64,000 nucleotides of DNA, from IMG/VR virus record IMGVR_UViG_3300021387_000452; one strand, written 5' to 3'. How positions within the stretch are numbered: position 1 is the first letter of the stretch; the number at the start of each line of letters is the position of its first letter. The notes beneath the pieces are model-generated. The model did not search any database, was not told where the DNA came from, and saw only the letters and a program-made list of their open reading frames with translations. Below are positions 7,750-18,965 of this stretch, piece by piece. The DNA comes from a virus. Its lineage: Duplodnaviria > Caudoviricetes. The translations under genes and the position numbers were made by a program.

Positions 7750-8373
7750 TTAATAAGCTATATCGTCAAATAAAACAGGGATCTTAGATTTTAAATCGTC
7801 AAGTAACTTACGTGATATAGATACCATTTGTGGATGGGCCCGCGAATCACACCGTAAACGGAAAAAGTGTCTCCACTCTCTTATATTGCCAGTAACAACA
7901 ATTTCAGTTGCAAGTGATGTTGGTAACACACCTCTTGCAATTTCAGGTTTTGCGCCATTTGCTAATAAACCAAAGTATGCATGTTCAGCTACCATACATG
8001 TCTCATGCCATATATGGTAAGTAACAGGATCTAGACAATCACCAGGCGAAATAACTTTTATCTCATTTCCGAACTTATCTTTTGAATAATTACAATATCG
8101 CGTACTCTCTTGTGCAAAGCTGAATAAACGATGTCTTACAATCTCATGTGAGATACCACGGTCAACAATGAACTTCACTGATAATTGTGTATGCTCAAGC
8201 ATTGCCTCATGCCCGCGCTCACATAGCATCTTACAAAATTTAATACATGAATCATCTGTGATGTTATTCTCTGACTTGTAGCAAACTCTTCCAGCTCGCT
8301 CAATGTCTTTAAGAATCTTAATTTGATCAGATAAATCTGTTAGAATTTCATACGACTGTTGAATTACTTTCAT
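7750..8373 (-). CDS. thyX: FAD-dependent thymidylate synthase
   Basis: RHRLFSFAQESTRY signature; GHEAMLEH. Confidence 0.95.
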   Translation of the reverse strand: MKVIQQSYEILTDLSDQIKILKDIERAGRVCYKSENNITDDSCIKFCKMLCERGHEAMLEHTQLSVKFIVDRGISHEIVRHRLFSFAQESTRYCNYSKDKFGNEIKVISPGDCLDPVTYHIWHETCMVAEHAYFGLLANGAKPEIARGVLPTSLATEIVVTGNIREWRHFFRLRCDSRAHPQMVSISRKLLDDLKSKIPVLFDDIAY

Positions 8374-9118
8374 TCTTAAGCTCCATTGCTTCTCTTAATC
8401 TATCATTGGCTATTTTGAAATAATTGTCGTCAAGCTCTATTCCAATAAAATTACGATTAGTATTGATGCACGCTACTCCTGTAGAGCCTGAGCCCATACA
8501 GTTATCAAGCACTGTCATACCTTCATTTGTAAAGCTTTTAATTAGATACTCTAATAATTCTACTGGCTTTTGAGTTGGATGAACTGTCTTTGTCTTTGGG
8601 ACTCTATTAAATCTAAGAACATCACGTGGATATCGTAAGCCATTATCCACATAAGGCGTTATATTGAAGTTTTTATTATCAACTGTAGTTAATGACTTAT
8701 TTGATTTAATAGCAGGCTTGTTACTTGACTGTTTGCCAGTATGAATCACCATCTGTGGATTATACACTGGCTGCTCTTTATAGAATATAGAGATCATCTC
8801 TGTAGACTTACCAAATCTACGTTTGACTTGCATGAAATTAGTAATCGACTCTTTCTCCCACACAAGATCATAGCGATAATCTTTTATGTTTGAAAGTCTA
8901 AGATATGAACTGAATGGCTCGTTTCCAAATAACACAATAGCTGCATTCTTTTTAGCTACTCTATTATAATGCTTCCACAACTTATCAAATGGTATTAAAG
9001 AATCCCATTCACAGTGAGTGCATGAATATGGAAGATCGCAAAAAATCATGTCTATAGAATGATCTTCTATGTTATTCATCTCTACAAGGCAGTCACCTTT
9101 ATATAAATCATAGATCAT
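8348..9118 (-). CDS. DNA methyltransferase, N4-C/N6-A beta class
   Basis: DLPY, HPTQKP, DNCMGSGSTG motifs. Confidence 0.9.
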   Translation of the reverse strand: MIYDLYKGDCLVEMNNIEDHSIDMIFCDLPYSCTHCEWDSLIPFDKLWKHYNRVAKKNAAIVLFGNEPFSSYLRLSNIKDYRYDLVWEKESITNFMQVKRRFGKSTEMISIFYKEQPVYNPQMVIHTGKQSSNKPAIKSNKSLTTVDNKNFNITPYVDNGLRYPRDVLRFNRVPKTKTVHPTQKPVELLEYLIKSFTNEGMTVLDNCMGSGSTGVACINTNRNFIGIELDDNYFKIANDRLREAMELKNESNSTVV

Positions 9119-9404
9119 GCTACCACCAAGTGACTACATCTTTTAATGAATAATGACTTGAGTTATTGAATAAGTAGTATGGATTTGACTCGTAGATCGA
9201 AAACACTTCATTTGGAACTAATGTCCAATAAATAGAATCTGCAGTTTCACAGATACTGTTTAGATCATAAAATTTACTATTACTGTCATCAATAACTTTA
9301 ACGCTAATCATATTATTCTCAAATCAAAAGTTTAATGTAAAATAAATCCCCAGTGTTATATACACTGGGGATTCCATTTATTTAATGGATAAATTATTAG
9401 CTTA

Positions 9405-10283
9405 CTAGTCATCCCAATCTTTATACTCTGTAAGAGAGAACACAATGCTAGTAATACCTCTTACTTTAGTTTTTTCACCTATGCCGAATAATCTAAAAAA
9501 TTCTTTATTAAATTCTTCAATTGATGTGTGTGATCTACCAAATATTTCTGTACGAAATGCAAGATTGCACCTAGTTTGATTTGTATTTTCAAATGAATAG
9601 TCTTGCTCCCAAGAAGACTGACCAGTCCTTCTACTAGAACCAAAGCCATAATCATAAACCTGTCTATAGCTTCTATATAGCTCAATCTTTTGGCATACAA
9701 AAGCTTGCGTAGCTGTATCAAAACCTACAGTAAGTATGGATTTATCCTTTTGAGTTGACTCTGATGAATATGAGTTACGCTCATCAAGTAAATCAACACT
9801 AATTAGATCTTTATGCATTTCACAACGATCTAAGATTAGATGGTTTGCGTCACAAAACTCTTTAACAAGTGATCTGAATTTATCAAAGTTTTCACTTATA
9901 AGATCTTTAGTATAAACAGTATTAATTATTTTTATCTTATCAACATCTCTGAATTTATAATCTGGGTTAGCCTTATATGATTTACTAGTAAGTCGTATAA
10001 CGGCACCATGCTCTACTAGCTTCTTTAGCTCAGTATTACATGGCCAACCCATTGCCTTATTAAGAGCCATAATACTTTTTGGGCCATTATTCAGAAGATA
10101 TTCCCAGACTGTGTATATAGCGCGAACTTCTCCAGTAGACCATACAGCAGATAAAGCATCTTGATTTGTCGCACTAACTTCACTCTGTTGATCTACATCA
10201 GCACTATCATCCTCATACTTTCTATTAAGTAGCTTTTCAAGTCTAGCCACTCTTTGCAATAAGCTGTTTTCATGAATAGTCAT
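9405..10283 (-). CDS. Hypothetical protein with N-terminal LxxRxxRLE motif (putative virion-internal)
   Basis: LLQRVARLEKLLNRKYE. Confidence 0.6.
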   Translation of the reverse strand: MTIHENSLLQRVARLEKLLNRKYEDDSADVDQQSEVSATNQDALSAVWSTGEVRAIYTVWEYLLNNGPKSIMALNKAMGWPCNTELKKLVEHGAVIRLTSKSYKANPDYKFRDVDKIKIINTVYTKDLISENFDKFRSLVKEFCDANHLILDRCEMHKDLISVDLLDERNSYSSESTQKDKSILTVGFDTATQAFVCQKIELYRSYRQVYDYGFGSSRRTGQSSWEQDYSFENTNQTRCNLAFRTEIFGRSHTSIEEFNKEFFRLFGIGEKTKVRGITSIVFSLTEYKDWDD

Positions 10284-10337
10284 ATGCTATAGTCCATAAT
10301 CAAAATAAGCCCATCATATGATGGGCTTTATATTTAC

Positions 10338-10952
10338 TTAACGTCTAACACGACGAGCTGGCTTTCTAGCTGATTCACTCTTTACTGGACGTTTCATGGG
10401 ACGTTTTACAGATTCATATTCCTCATCATCTTCTTCATCCCAATCTTCATCATCACCGTGAATCATGTCAAAATTGAAGTTTTTCCAAGCTGACAATGGA
10501 TATGAGCAATCACCAAGCCAGTCTTCCCATGAGCACATACCAGTTTTCGGATCAACAGCGCCTTCGCCACTATAGCCATTCATGATAGAACGCCACACAC
10601 AAATAGTGCCTTCTGTTGGACGAACCATAACACTATCAGCTGGATAGCCATCAACATCATATGTAAATGTATAGCGTGCATCAGGATCTTCTTCAATGTC
10701 TTCAACCTGGTGACCACGTAACCAACCAAACATAGGGCTATCAACAATTTCATGCTGATCATCACGTGTGAGTCTTACCCCAACCATTTGACCAAACTGT
10801 TTTGCTAAACGACTAGCAGCTTCACGGGCACCGTCTTCATCAAGATCTGACTCAAAGCTTTCAAATTTCTTAGAAGCACGAGCTTCATTTTTGAGAAGAC
10901 GCTCAAGACGGTTAATACGCTGTTCTAATGTAGGCTTACGATTCTTCATCAT
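10338..10952 (-). CDS. Hypothetical protein with N-terminal LxxRxxRLE motif
   Basis: LEQRINRLERLLKNE. Confidence 0.6.
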   Translation of the reverse strand: MMKNRKPTLEQRINRLERLLKNEARASKKFESFESDLDEDGAREAASRLAKQFGQMVGVRLTRDDQHEIVDSPMFGWLRGHQVEDIEEDPDARYTFTYDVDGYPADSVMVRPTEGTICVWRSIMNGYSGEGAVDPKTGMCSWEDWLGDCSYPLSAWKNFNFDMIHGDDEDWDEEDDEEYESVKRPMKRPVKSESARKPARRVRR

Positions 10953-11038
10953 TTGTAACTCCATATAAAGTAAATAGAGCAGCCTATTAGGCTACTCAAT
11001 GTGTTTTTATGATATTTTATTAGATATGTAAACTAAAA

Positions 11039-11882
11039 TCACCACCAATTACGATTATCTCTCTGAGCTTTAGCCCATTCTGCATTTCGTCTATTCTGCG
11101 TATGTAGATCTCTATCAAAACCAGGTCCAAATTCTGGATCATACCACTCAGACTTTCTAACTTTCTTCTTACAAGTTATAGTGATGTATCCGCCTTTATC
11201 TCCAGGAAAGATTCCAGTCTGTACATCATATGTCTTAAAGCTTTTGGCTTTAGCAAGAATTTGCTGTGCAGCTGGAGCATCAAGATTTATCCTATCATCG
11301 ATGCCATAAGCTGAGAATCCATCTCTATAGTTGCTAAGCTTGAAATCTTTAATCGTTAGATTTTCTGGATTAATTTCTGGATCAGCTAATAGGCTATTAA
11401 AGATCTTAACGCATCTATCGTAGTCTGGCTCCCACTCATAGTAATAACGAGTAGCTTCAGTTTTTAAATTCTTTTTTTTTACCAAATGCAAGTCTTTCTA
11501 ATCTACGGACCTTAGCCTCAAGCTCGCGATTGTTGCATTCTTCAACATCAGCATCTTCATCACCAGATTCATCTTCTGCTGGCTCTTCGTCTTCTACAGC
11601 AAAGTCATCATCAGAATCATCGACAATTTCGTCGTCTAATGGAACTAGATCTCCATCCATATCATCTTCTGGCTCTTCGACTTCATCACAGCAGTTAGGA
11701 AGACTTAATGAGCCAAGAACTCGTTTACACTCAGCATCTGACATTTCTTTTACGCACGCTAAAAGAGCTTCATCAGCATCAAGCGAGCCAAGATCGACAA
11801 GTGAGAGTAAAAGCTCATGAGGATCTTCAACTGATTCATTCTTAAATGAACGAGCATTTCTACGGTTTAGAATTCTTTTCAT
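11039..11882 (-). CDS. Acidic putative virion/scaffold-like protein split by a frameshift in an A9 run (11472-11480)
   Basis: ORFs 11457-11882 and 11039-11491 fuse in frame if one A is removed. Confidence 0.5.
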
Positions 11883-12096
11883 ATTATTTATCTCCAAGTA
11901 AGTTAGACACACTATAGATCAACGTTCAGTATTATAGATATTTACTAATAATAGAATTCTATAAAACACTGAGTCGATACAATAAATTTCTAATCACATA
12001 AAGATTGATATCAAATTTAATTGTATCTTTATTGTAAGAGTTCATAGACGAGCTCTTAATTTAATTAACATCTAGCGAGTAAATGGATAAGGAATT

Positions 12097-12531
12097 ATGG
12101 AAACTATGTTAACGCCTATTGTAGCTTCAATCGCTCTTCTTTGTGTATGTATCTTGCTTTTAATTGTGGTGCCAATTATGGATGGATCAGAAAGATTTGC
12201 AAAATATATCAGTCTACGCTACATTCTTGTAGCGATGTCACTAATCATGGCTCTTGGCTGCATTCTGGACTTTTCACACCTCGCAGAATCATCAAGAAAT
12301 ATTGTTCTAACTGGCGCTGTCGTTTTAGTCGGCATCTTTGTTGTTGTCAGATCACTTGAGAAAGTCAAGCTTGGCGGTAAAAAGATTGAGTTTACTGCTG
12401 AGAAGGGAGACATAAAAGCTGGAGTAAAGATCACCGGTGAAAAAGAGCATCAGGAAGATAAGCCGCATGAAAGAAAGCTTATTTGTGAAAATGCTAACTG
12501 TGATAATGAAAGAGATGATAAAGCTGCATAA
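12097..12531 (+). CDS. Membrane protein with 3 TM segments (holin-like topology)
   Basis: Three hydrophobic segments, charged C-terminus, RBS AAGGA. Confidence 0.55.
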   Translation: METMLTPIVASIALLCVCILLLIVVPIMDGSERFAKYISLRYILVAMSLIMALGCILDFSHLAESSRNIVLTGAVVLVGIFVVVRSLEKVKLGGKKIEFTAEKGDIKAGVKITGEKEHQEDKPHERKLICENANCDNERDDKAA

Positions 12532-13869
12532 CAAGCTTTAAGGGCTCATTTAGAGCCCTTTTATTGTGTCACGAAAAAGTCAATTAAAACGGAAGACTTA
12601 ATTGTGCTGAATAGTTTGCATAACTTTCTTCATCTATAGTTTTCTTATCGATGTACTCATCAAGAACTTTAATTGCTACATCAAGTGCAATTCCGAGCTG
12701 AGTAGGATTCACCATCTCATAGTGATTAGGTATATGATCATCTCGACGCCAGACGTTATGATGAATTAGAATATCTCTTGCTTCTTCTACTGTCATACCA
12801 AAATCTCACCTGGAACTGTGTACAAAACTACTGTAAAGAATAATTAGTGATTCTCTCAAGTTTTGCCGATCAAGTCCCTAGCCTTATTCATCTAGTCGGG
12901 TTCGTGTCTAGCTGCTTAATCTTTAATTGAAAGTGATGTATGAGGTCACGAGTCGCACACACAGATACATGTATTTCAAAGCAAGCTATTAAGAATAGCC
13001 AATTATTTAATAAAATCAATATGTCTTTGCCAGCACCGAGTAGTACTTCTAGAACATCCGGGACCTACATAAGTAGGCGCCTTAGACCTACGAGAGTCAG
13101 TTCTTGACTAAGCTAGCTGTCTTAACTCTCATCCATAAGAATTAAGGATCCTGAACAGGCCTATCACGACGTGAATGACTTATCGATACTAATTGAAGCA
13201 AATTAAGAATTCTAGATTCAGCTTCGTGATCTTGTCATGGGTCATCAGATAATCATGCCAATGAGACTAAAAGTCTCTACATATAATAGATATACAAGAG
13301 TTGTTCTTATTGTTTAATCACATAATAGCTTTATCATCACCTAAAGCAATTAAAAGTATTACTATTGCTACTCACAAAAGAATCACTCTAGAGTGACTTA
13401 TTTATCACAAATGGTAAATTATACCAGCGTGACTATAACATCTATTATGAGTGATTTAGCACACTATCTAAATATCACTCAGAATCACTCTCTACTCACT
13501 CAACTTAATAGACTTATATTTATATGAATCATCTAAAAAGTGATCTACAAATGAATTCTGAAATAAAGAGTGTTGGTGAATATGAGTCGCGGGAACATCA
13601 GCAGATGATTTGTTTTGAGTTGAAACAGGCATGAAGAGCACGAAAAATTTCGTGCGATGAATAAAATGCGCGGGACTCTCACAAAAAGATTTTTCTGCTA
13701 AATTGAAATGCCATGAACTAGTTCATGGGAAGAAGAAATTCTTTTTATAATAAATATTATTTATTATTTATATTATTAATAAAATAAACATTATTTGTTA
13801 TTTTTGAAGAAGAAGATTAGGAAGGAGATTAGGATTAAGATTAGAATTGAGATTAGAGTGAAGAGCATC

Positions 13870-13891
13870 AGACTGAGGCATGCCTCAGTCT
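13870..13891. repeat. Perfect 22-bp palindrome
   Basis: AGACTGAGGCATGCCTCAGTCT. Confidence 0.95.
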
Positions 13892-13973
13892 TTTGCCAAT
13901 TTCAATAAATTATTGGGTATTTGAGAAAGTGAGTTATTTTCTCTACTCTAAAATTCATCATTAAATGTCTCCT

Positions 13974-14192
13974 CTAATAGAAGTTCTTCGTCTGAAATTA
14001 CTCTCTGATAGAAGTTCTTCAGATGAGTAGAAATTCACATTCCATAAAAATCAATTGAATTTCACAAATGAAGCTATTTAAGTTCATGACGAAAGAGTTT
14101 TTCTAATAGAAGTTCTTCGCATAAAAATAGCACGAAAGAAATTCCTAATAGGAGTTCTTCGTGCGAATGAAAATTACTAATAAGAGTTCTTC
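13974..14192 (+). repeat. Five iteron-like 16-bp direct repeats CTRATARRAGTTCTTC
   Basis: Copies at 13974, 14005, 14103, 14145, 14177. Confidence 0.85.
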
Positions 14193-14971
14193 AGAAATTC
14201 TAGGTATTTTTGAGTGCTACTTTCGATAGAGCTGTCTGGCTCATTTTTTCGAACTTCTTTTTCTTGAGCTCTACATTCTGTAACTTTGTGAGGCTGTGGA
14301 GCCTTAACTTCTTCGATCAGTTCTTGACACCAGTCATCTGCAGTTGGACGTTCAAAATAATAAATCTGAACATTCGTACGATATCGTCTAACAAACTGTT
14401 CAGCTTTCATTCTGCACTGCTCTAAAGTGTCGTACCCTGCGTGAATATATAGCTTCCCAGAATATGGTATGCAAATTGAGTATTCACTGTGAGATAGACC
14501 GAATCTTAATTTTAGATGTTCTAAATTTATGCTGTTGAAGCATTTTCCGTTATATGTTTCGAATATCATTGCTATACCTACTGATGTTGTTAGACGAATC
14601 TCCGGCTATAATAAATGATTTACTATAGCCGGAGTCTGTACTAAAGAGCATCGATGATTTTTTCTGATTTGTGAGTTCTGCTCAAAATCATCATCCATAT
14701 AATAATAGATATTCTACTAATAAAGTAATGAAAAATGATTGTCTACACTAGCTTTTTTATGTAGTGCCAGCTGACTCTAAATAGTCGATCAAGTAATTCT
14801 CCAATTACTATCGGAACAATGACGAATAGTGCTGTAGCACTAACTATAAGAATTTCTTCTAACATATATGTATTTACTCCAATTGTATGTGAACTATTGT
14901 AGACATGAATTAGATCACATCTATGCTATGGCAATTGACTACTCAAAAGCCATTTTAATTTTAGATACTTA

Positions 14972-15016
14972 CAGTATGACAGCATGTAATCAAATGTAAT
15001 ACATGCTGTCATACTG
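14972..15016. terminator. 17-bp perfect inverted repeat near the end of the early region
   Basis: CAGTATGACAGCATGTA-N11-TACATGCTGTCATACTG. Confidence 0.6.
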
Positions 15017-15378
15017 GATGTAGTTATTAATCACATGAATTGTGTTTACGATCATCTTCTCTTATTGCATTAGCAATAGATCGACCTCTCTTGATGAAAG
15101 ACTTATGACTATCAATTACTGACTCTACAATATTTTCTTTGTAGTCTTTGTCTTCAATAACAGCTTCAAGTAGATCACACTCATGATCGACATCTATTGC
15201 AAGCATATACGCTTCATGCTTGAGCTTTTCTATAGTTGTATTTATTTCATTTATTCTTGACATCTTATCATCGATTTGATGTCTGAAACTATCAGTAACG
15301 CTTACAACTACTAACATGTTCATGATTTTCTCCTGTGAAAGTATGGGTGGAGCCATTCCACCCATATATAATTTTACA

Positions 15379-15951
15379 TCACTTTGCGTTCGTGATAATG
15401 AATCTAAAGTGAGCAACCATACACTCGCTAAATTCAGCAGCCAGAACTGATCTAGCATGAACTTTCTTTTCACCGTCTGTAATAACTACATCGAATAATT
15501 TTGGATCACTTGACAGAGATGAGAATTTGCATTCAGGCGTAAATCCTTTTTGATTAAGCTTATCAGCCATAGCAAATACTTTGCTATCGAACATCATGGC
15601 TGCTTTTTCAACGCTATTCTCTACAAAGCTTTCTTTACCCATGCTTATAAATTTCTCTGATTGTCTTATAAGACGTTCGAGCTTTTCGACCTCTTTACGC
15701 ATTGGGTTAGTTTGAGCAATATAGATGTCGAGATCTGCAAAACTTAATCTACCGCATGAATCTCTCTTTTCTTTGCAACAGTTGCGAATTTTATTATTGA
15801 GAGATGAAATCTTTGATTTAGCATCAGTAATCTTGTTTGGAAGATTATCATATGATCTTCCAGCACTTAGTCTAACAAGACCAAGATATGTAACTCTTGC
15901 ATTTGCAGTTTGTGATTTAACTACTTCATGGATGCTATCGAAATTACTCAT
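15379..15951 (-). CDS. Hypothetical coiled-coil protein (start corrected)
   Basis: RBS AGGAG before MSNFDS; the track start lies inside the repeat hairpin. Confidence 0.65.
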   Translation of the reverse strand: MSNFDSIHEVVKSQTANARVTYLGLVRLSAGRSYDNLPNKITDAKSKISSLNNKIRNCCKEKRDSCGRLSFADLDIYIAQTNPMRKEVEKLERLIRQSEKFISMGKESFVENSVEKAAMMFDSKVFAMADKLNQKGFTPECKFSSLSSDPKLFDVVITDGEKKVHARSVLAAEFSECMVAHFRFIITNAK

Positions 15952-15971
15952 GTCCAATCTCCTGTGAATTA

Positions 15972-16060
15972 TTGAATGGAACCATTCCATCCAATCTGTA
16001 GTCTTTATAAGCCAGAGCCGCTTATAGGTAAATAAAAATCACCGAATAAATCGGTGATTT
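15972..16060 (-). promoter_or_regulatory. Repeated promoter cassette with AATCACCG/CGGTGATT hairpin
   Basis: Consensus match. Confidence 0.8.
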
Positions 16061-16319
16061 TATTCTACCATCTTTTCTTGCCATCTGTGTAAGTGGCAAT
16101 GTGAATTGAATTAACTTCATGGAAACTACCATTAAAGTAATCGCCTTTACTCTTAACTACAGTACTCGAACTACCGGATTTCTTTGAGATTGACTTCGCG
16201 AAATTTGTAGCTGCTCGTCTTTCATTCATGAAGAAGCTCTTGGAAGTGCAGTGAGATTCAGCAGATTCAGCATAAATAACGCGGATGATTTCGATCATTT
16301 TAACTCTCCTTGAATTCCA

Positions 16320-16410
16320 TTGGAAGGAACCATTCCCTCCAATCTTGAATGCTTTATAAGTTCTTTTAGAGAGTATGTAAACAAAAATCACCGAGTAATT
16401 CGGTGATTTT
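16320..16410 (-). promoter_or_regulatory. Repeated promoter cassette
   Basis: Consensus match. Confidence 0.8.
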
Positions 16411-16785
16411 ATTTAGTTTTCATATTTAATAATGAACGTTGGTGTGAATCTTATTTCTACATTAAGATACTCTCCATATCCAAATAGTTTCATTACCCAG
16501 TGATGTTCTTATTTACTATCTCAACTAGCTCGTCAACGCCATCTAGTGCTTCTTTAAAGTTTTCAAGTGCTGTACTACTGACTCCATTACGGAACGTAGC
16601 GTCAGTCATTATAGTTCTTAAATGAGCTGCATCTTTTTCCATTCGCCTAGCTATACCTTTTCTTTTCTTCTTTAATTCTTCGATCATGAAGTCTATATCA
16701 CCAATGTCTCTATAGTGAGCATTAAGTGATTCAGAAATGTGATTTGCAAGCTCAATCATGTTTGTGAGATTCATTGTTCGTTCCT

Positions 16786-17193
16786 TTATTCATCATCATG
16801 AAGCTGCTTAGTTACATCAATTTCATTACTGTCTTTACATACATAATTAATAATGTCTTGGTTTGTTTCAAGCTTTTCACATAAATCCCACTCATTTACA
16901 TAGTATAGTTGTGATCCTTTAATAACATATAGGAACTCAATGTCTCCATGAAGATGATTTACCTCATTCATATCGTGAACATATTCATCTTCGTACTCTT
17001 CATCTTTCATTACTTCGCCAATAAGAACATCATAAACTGATATGTCTTTTACTATAATGCTCATACCAACCGAGTACAGTAGCTTTGTTCTAAGTTCTTC
17101 ACCTACTCCAGAAAGATAGCCATCAAAGTGATGGTAAAACTGATGGGCTTTATTGTCTGGTGTTACAAGAATAATGTTTGAACGAGTGCTCAT
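16786..17193 (-). CDS. Conserved phage hypothetical protein (MSTRS...YxHxDGY type)
   Basis: MSTRSNI and YHHFDGY motifs. Confidence 0.6.
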   Translation of the reverse strand: MSTRSNIILVTPDNKAHQFYHHFDGYLSGVGEELRTKLLYSVGMSIIVKDISVYDVLIGEVMKDEEYEDEYVHDMNEVNHLHGDIEFLYVIKGSQLYYVNEWDLCEKLETNQDIINYVCKDSNEIDVTKQLHDDE

Positions 17194-17922
17194 ACTAATC
17201 TCTCCTCTTTGTGTTATACTTCGTATTCTCTAAACAGCTCATCACATTCTAATCGAATGTCATCAACTATAGCTGCTAGCTCAAACCTAACTTCTTTATT
17301 CCAAAATGGCTTTGAATCTGGTCCACTTTTAGTTGGCTTTTCATCATAGTTCATGTCAATTCTAATATCATATTCAACTTCTTTATCTAGTGACTCCATA
17401 ATGAATTTGAACATCTCTGTATAGTCCATATCATTATCATTTGCCCATGAATCAATAAGATCTACATATTCATCAGATATAGCACTTTCTATATCTTCAT
17501 CATCTATTCCACAATCACCCATGTACGTTGAGAGAAATTCTCTTAATGTTTTGTCTTCACTCCAATCTTCTTGAAATTCACGAAGACATTTGTTTGCAAA
17601 TTCTTGATTAAGCATTCTAAACTCCATTAGTAATTAGGCGGCTATTTGGCCGCCTACGTTTATTTTCTAGTACACCAACCAGTGAGATACGCAATAACGT
17701 GATCGTCAGTTAATTCGACCATGTAAGCCCACAGTCCACATTCAGAAATTTCTACAGCGTATTTGTAAGCTTTATCTCTATCAATAAAGCCCATTACATC
17801 AAGCTGAGTATCAGATTCTGGACAAATAACAGCATAATTTACTTTGCCAGTGGATTTCATTTTCTGAATTCTTGAATCATTTGCAAATGGGTTTAGCATG
17901 ATTTTCTCTCTCCTATGCGTTT

Positions 17923-18016
17923 CCAGGATGAATCCATTCCATCCAGTTTATGAATTACTTATAAGGCATTTATGAGAATATGTAAACAAAAATCACCGAG
18001 ATATCTCGGTGATTTT
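17923..18016 (-). promoter_or_regulatory. Repeated promoter cassette
   Basis: Consensus match. Confidence 0.8.
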
Positions 18017-18018
18017 AC

Positions 18019-18375
18019 TTAACCCCAAATCCATTCGCCACGTTTAATCTGCTTGATTTCACCATCGCTGATCTTGAGCTCGACGATTTGACCTGCATAT
18101 TTGGCAACAAGCTTTTTAACGCAGGCTATCTGTTTTACAGTCAGGAACCCTTTGTCCAAATACCACTTAGCCAACCCAGAGCCCTTCTTTGCATCCTGCG
18201 GCTTAAACCCAACGCCATTATGATATTTGACATCCTCATGGCATTTTTCATCTTCAACCTGCTTATCATAAATAAACGTCAATGCGTGGATAGCGGTTGC
18301 ATCTTTTACTTCGATTTGATTGCGAAGTCTATCAATAATTTCTTTTTTGCTACTGAACTTGATTGCCATGATCAT
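18019..18375 (-). CDS. Conserved phage protein, paralog of 42360-42725
   Basis: Shared Q.E.E...N..GF...DA...KY..QI. Confidence 0.65.
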   Translation of the reverse strand: MIMAIKFSSKKEIIDRLRNQIEVKDATAIHALTFIYDKQVEDEKCHEDVKYHNGVGFKPQDAKKGSGLAKWYLDKGFLTVKQIACVKKLVAKYAGQIVELKISDGEIKQIKRGEWIWG

Positions 18376-18390
18376 ATCTCCTATGTAAGA

Positions 18391-18483
18391 ACTGGTTGGA
18401 ACCATTCCATCCAGTTTATGAGAGTCTTATAAATCGATCTATGATCGATGTAAAATAAAATCACCGACTAAAATGGTGATTTT
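18391..18483 (-). promoter_or_regulatory. Repeated promoter cassette
   Basis: Consensus match; palindromic spacer ATCGATC-N3-GATCGAT. Confidence 0.8.
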
Positions 18484-18551
18484 AGTCTATGAACTTTTCT
18501 AAGATCAATTATTTATAGGGGCTATTATTCAGTTTCATTTTAAGAATAGAG

Positions 18552-18965
18552 GTGACACTTATGGTTATCAACACTATTGTGATCAAAAATAAAGTCACCA
18601 AGCTCGAAATAGTTGCTCACTATTCTGGTGACTTTGATTATGGATTATCTTCAGGTGAATCATGCTACTCAATAACGATTGAGTTTAGTGGCTGTGAATA
18701 TGTTATAGGCATAAGTAAAGCATATTCAGAGATAAGCAGAATAGCTGACTGTCTTTCTGAATTTATGAGATACCCACTAGCGATAAATAGAGTAACTCGC
18801 TTAAGAAATAGTCAGTACGATATTGCTAGAGACTCAGTATGTGTAAACGGATTCAACAAATCTCTTGAAATTGAAGACTTAAGAAGCATTTCTCTCAATA
18901 ATGTAGAGGATTATGAGATAGACTTTGATGTTACTGATCGTGTATGGGATAACGATAAAAAGTAA
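18552..18965 (+). CDS. Hypothetical protein (counter-oriented)
   Basis: 137-aa ORF followed by an inverted-repeat terminator. Confidence 0.55.
   Translation: MTLMVINTIVIKNKVTKLEIVAHYSGDFDYGLSSGESCYSITIEFSGCEYVIGISKAYSEISRIADCLSEFMRYPLAINRVTRLRNSQYDIARDSVCVNGFNKSLEIEDLRSISLNNVEDYEIDFDVTDRVWDNDKK

Noticed and set aside
12890-12910. RNase P RNA (ACACGAACCCGACTAG resembles the P4 3' strand)
   Set aside because: The matching GAGGAAAGTCC 5' element was not found
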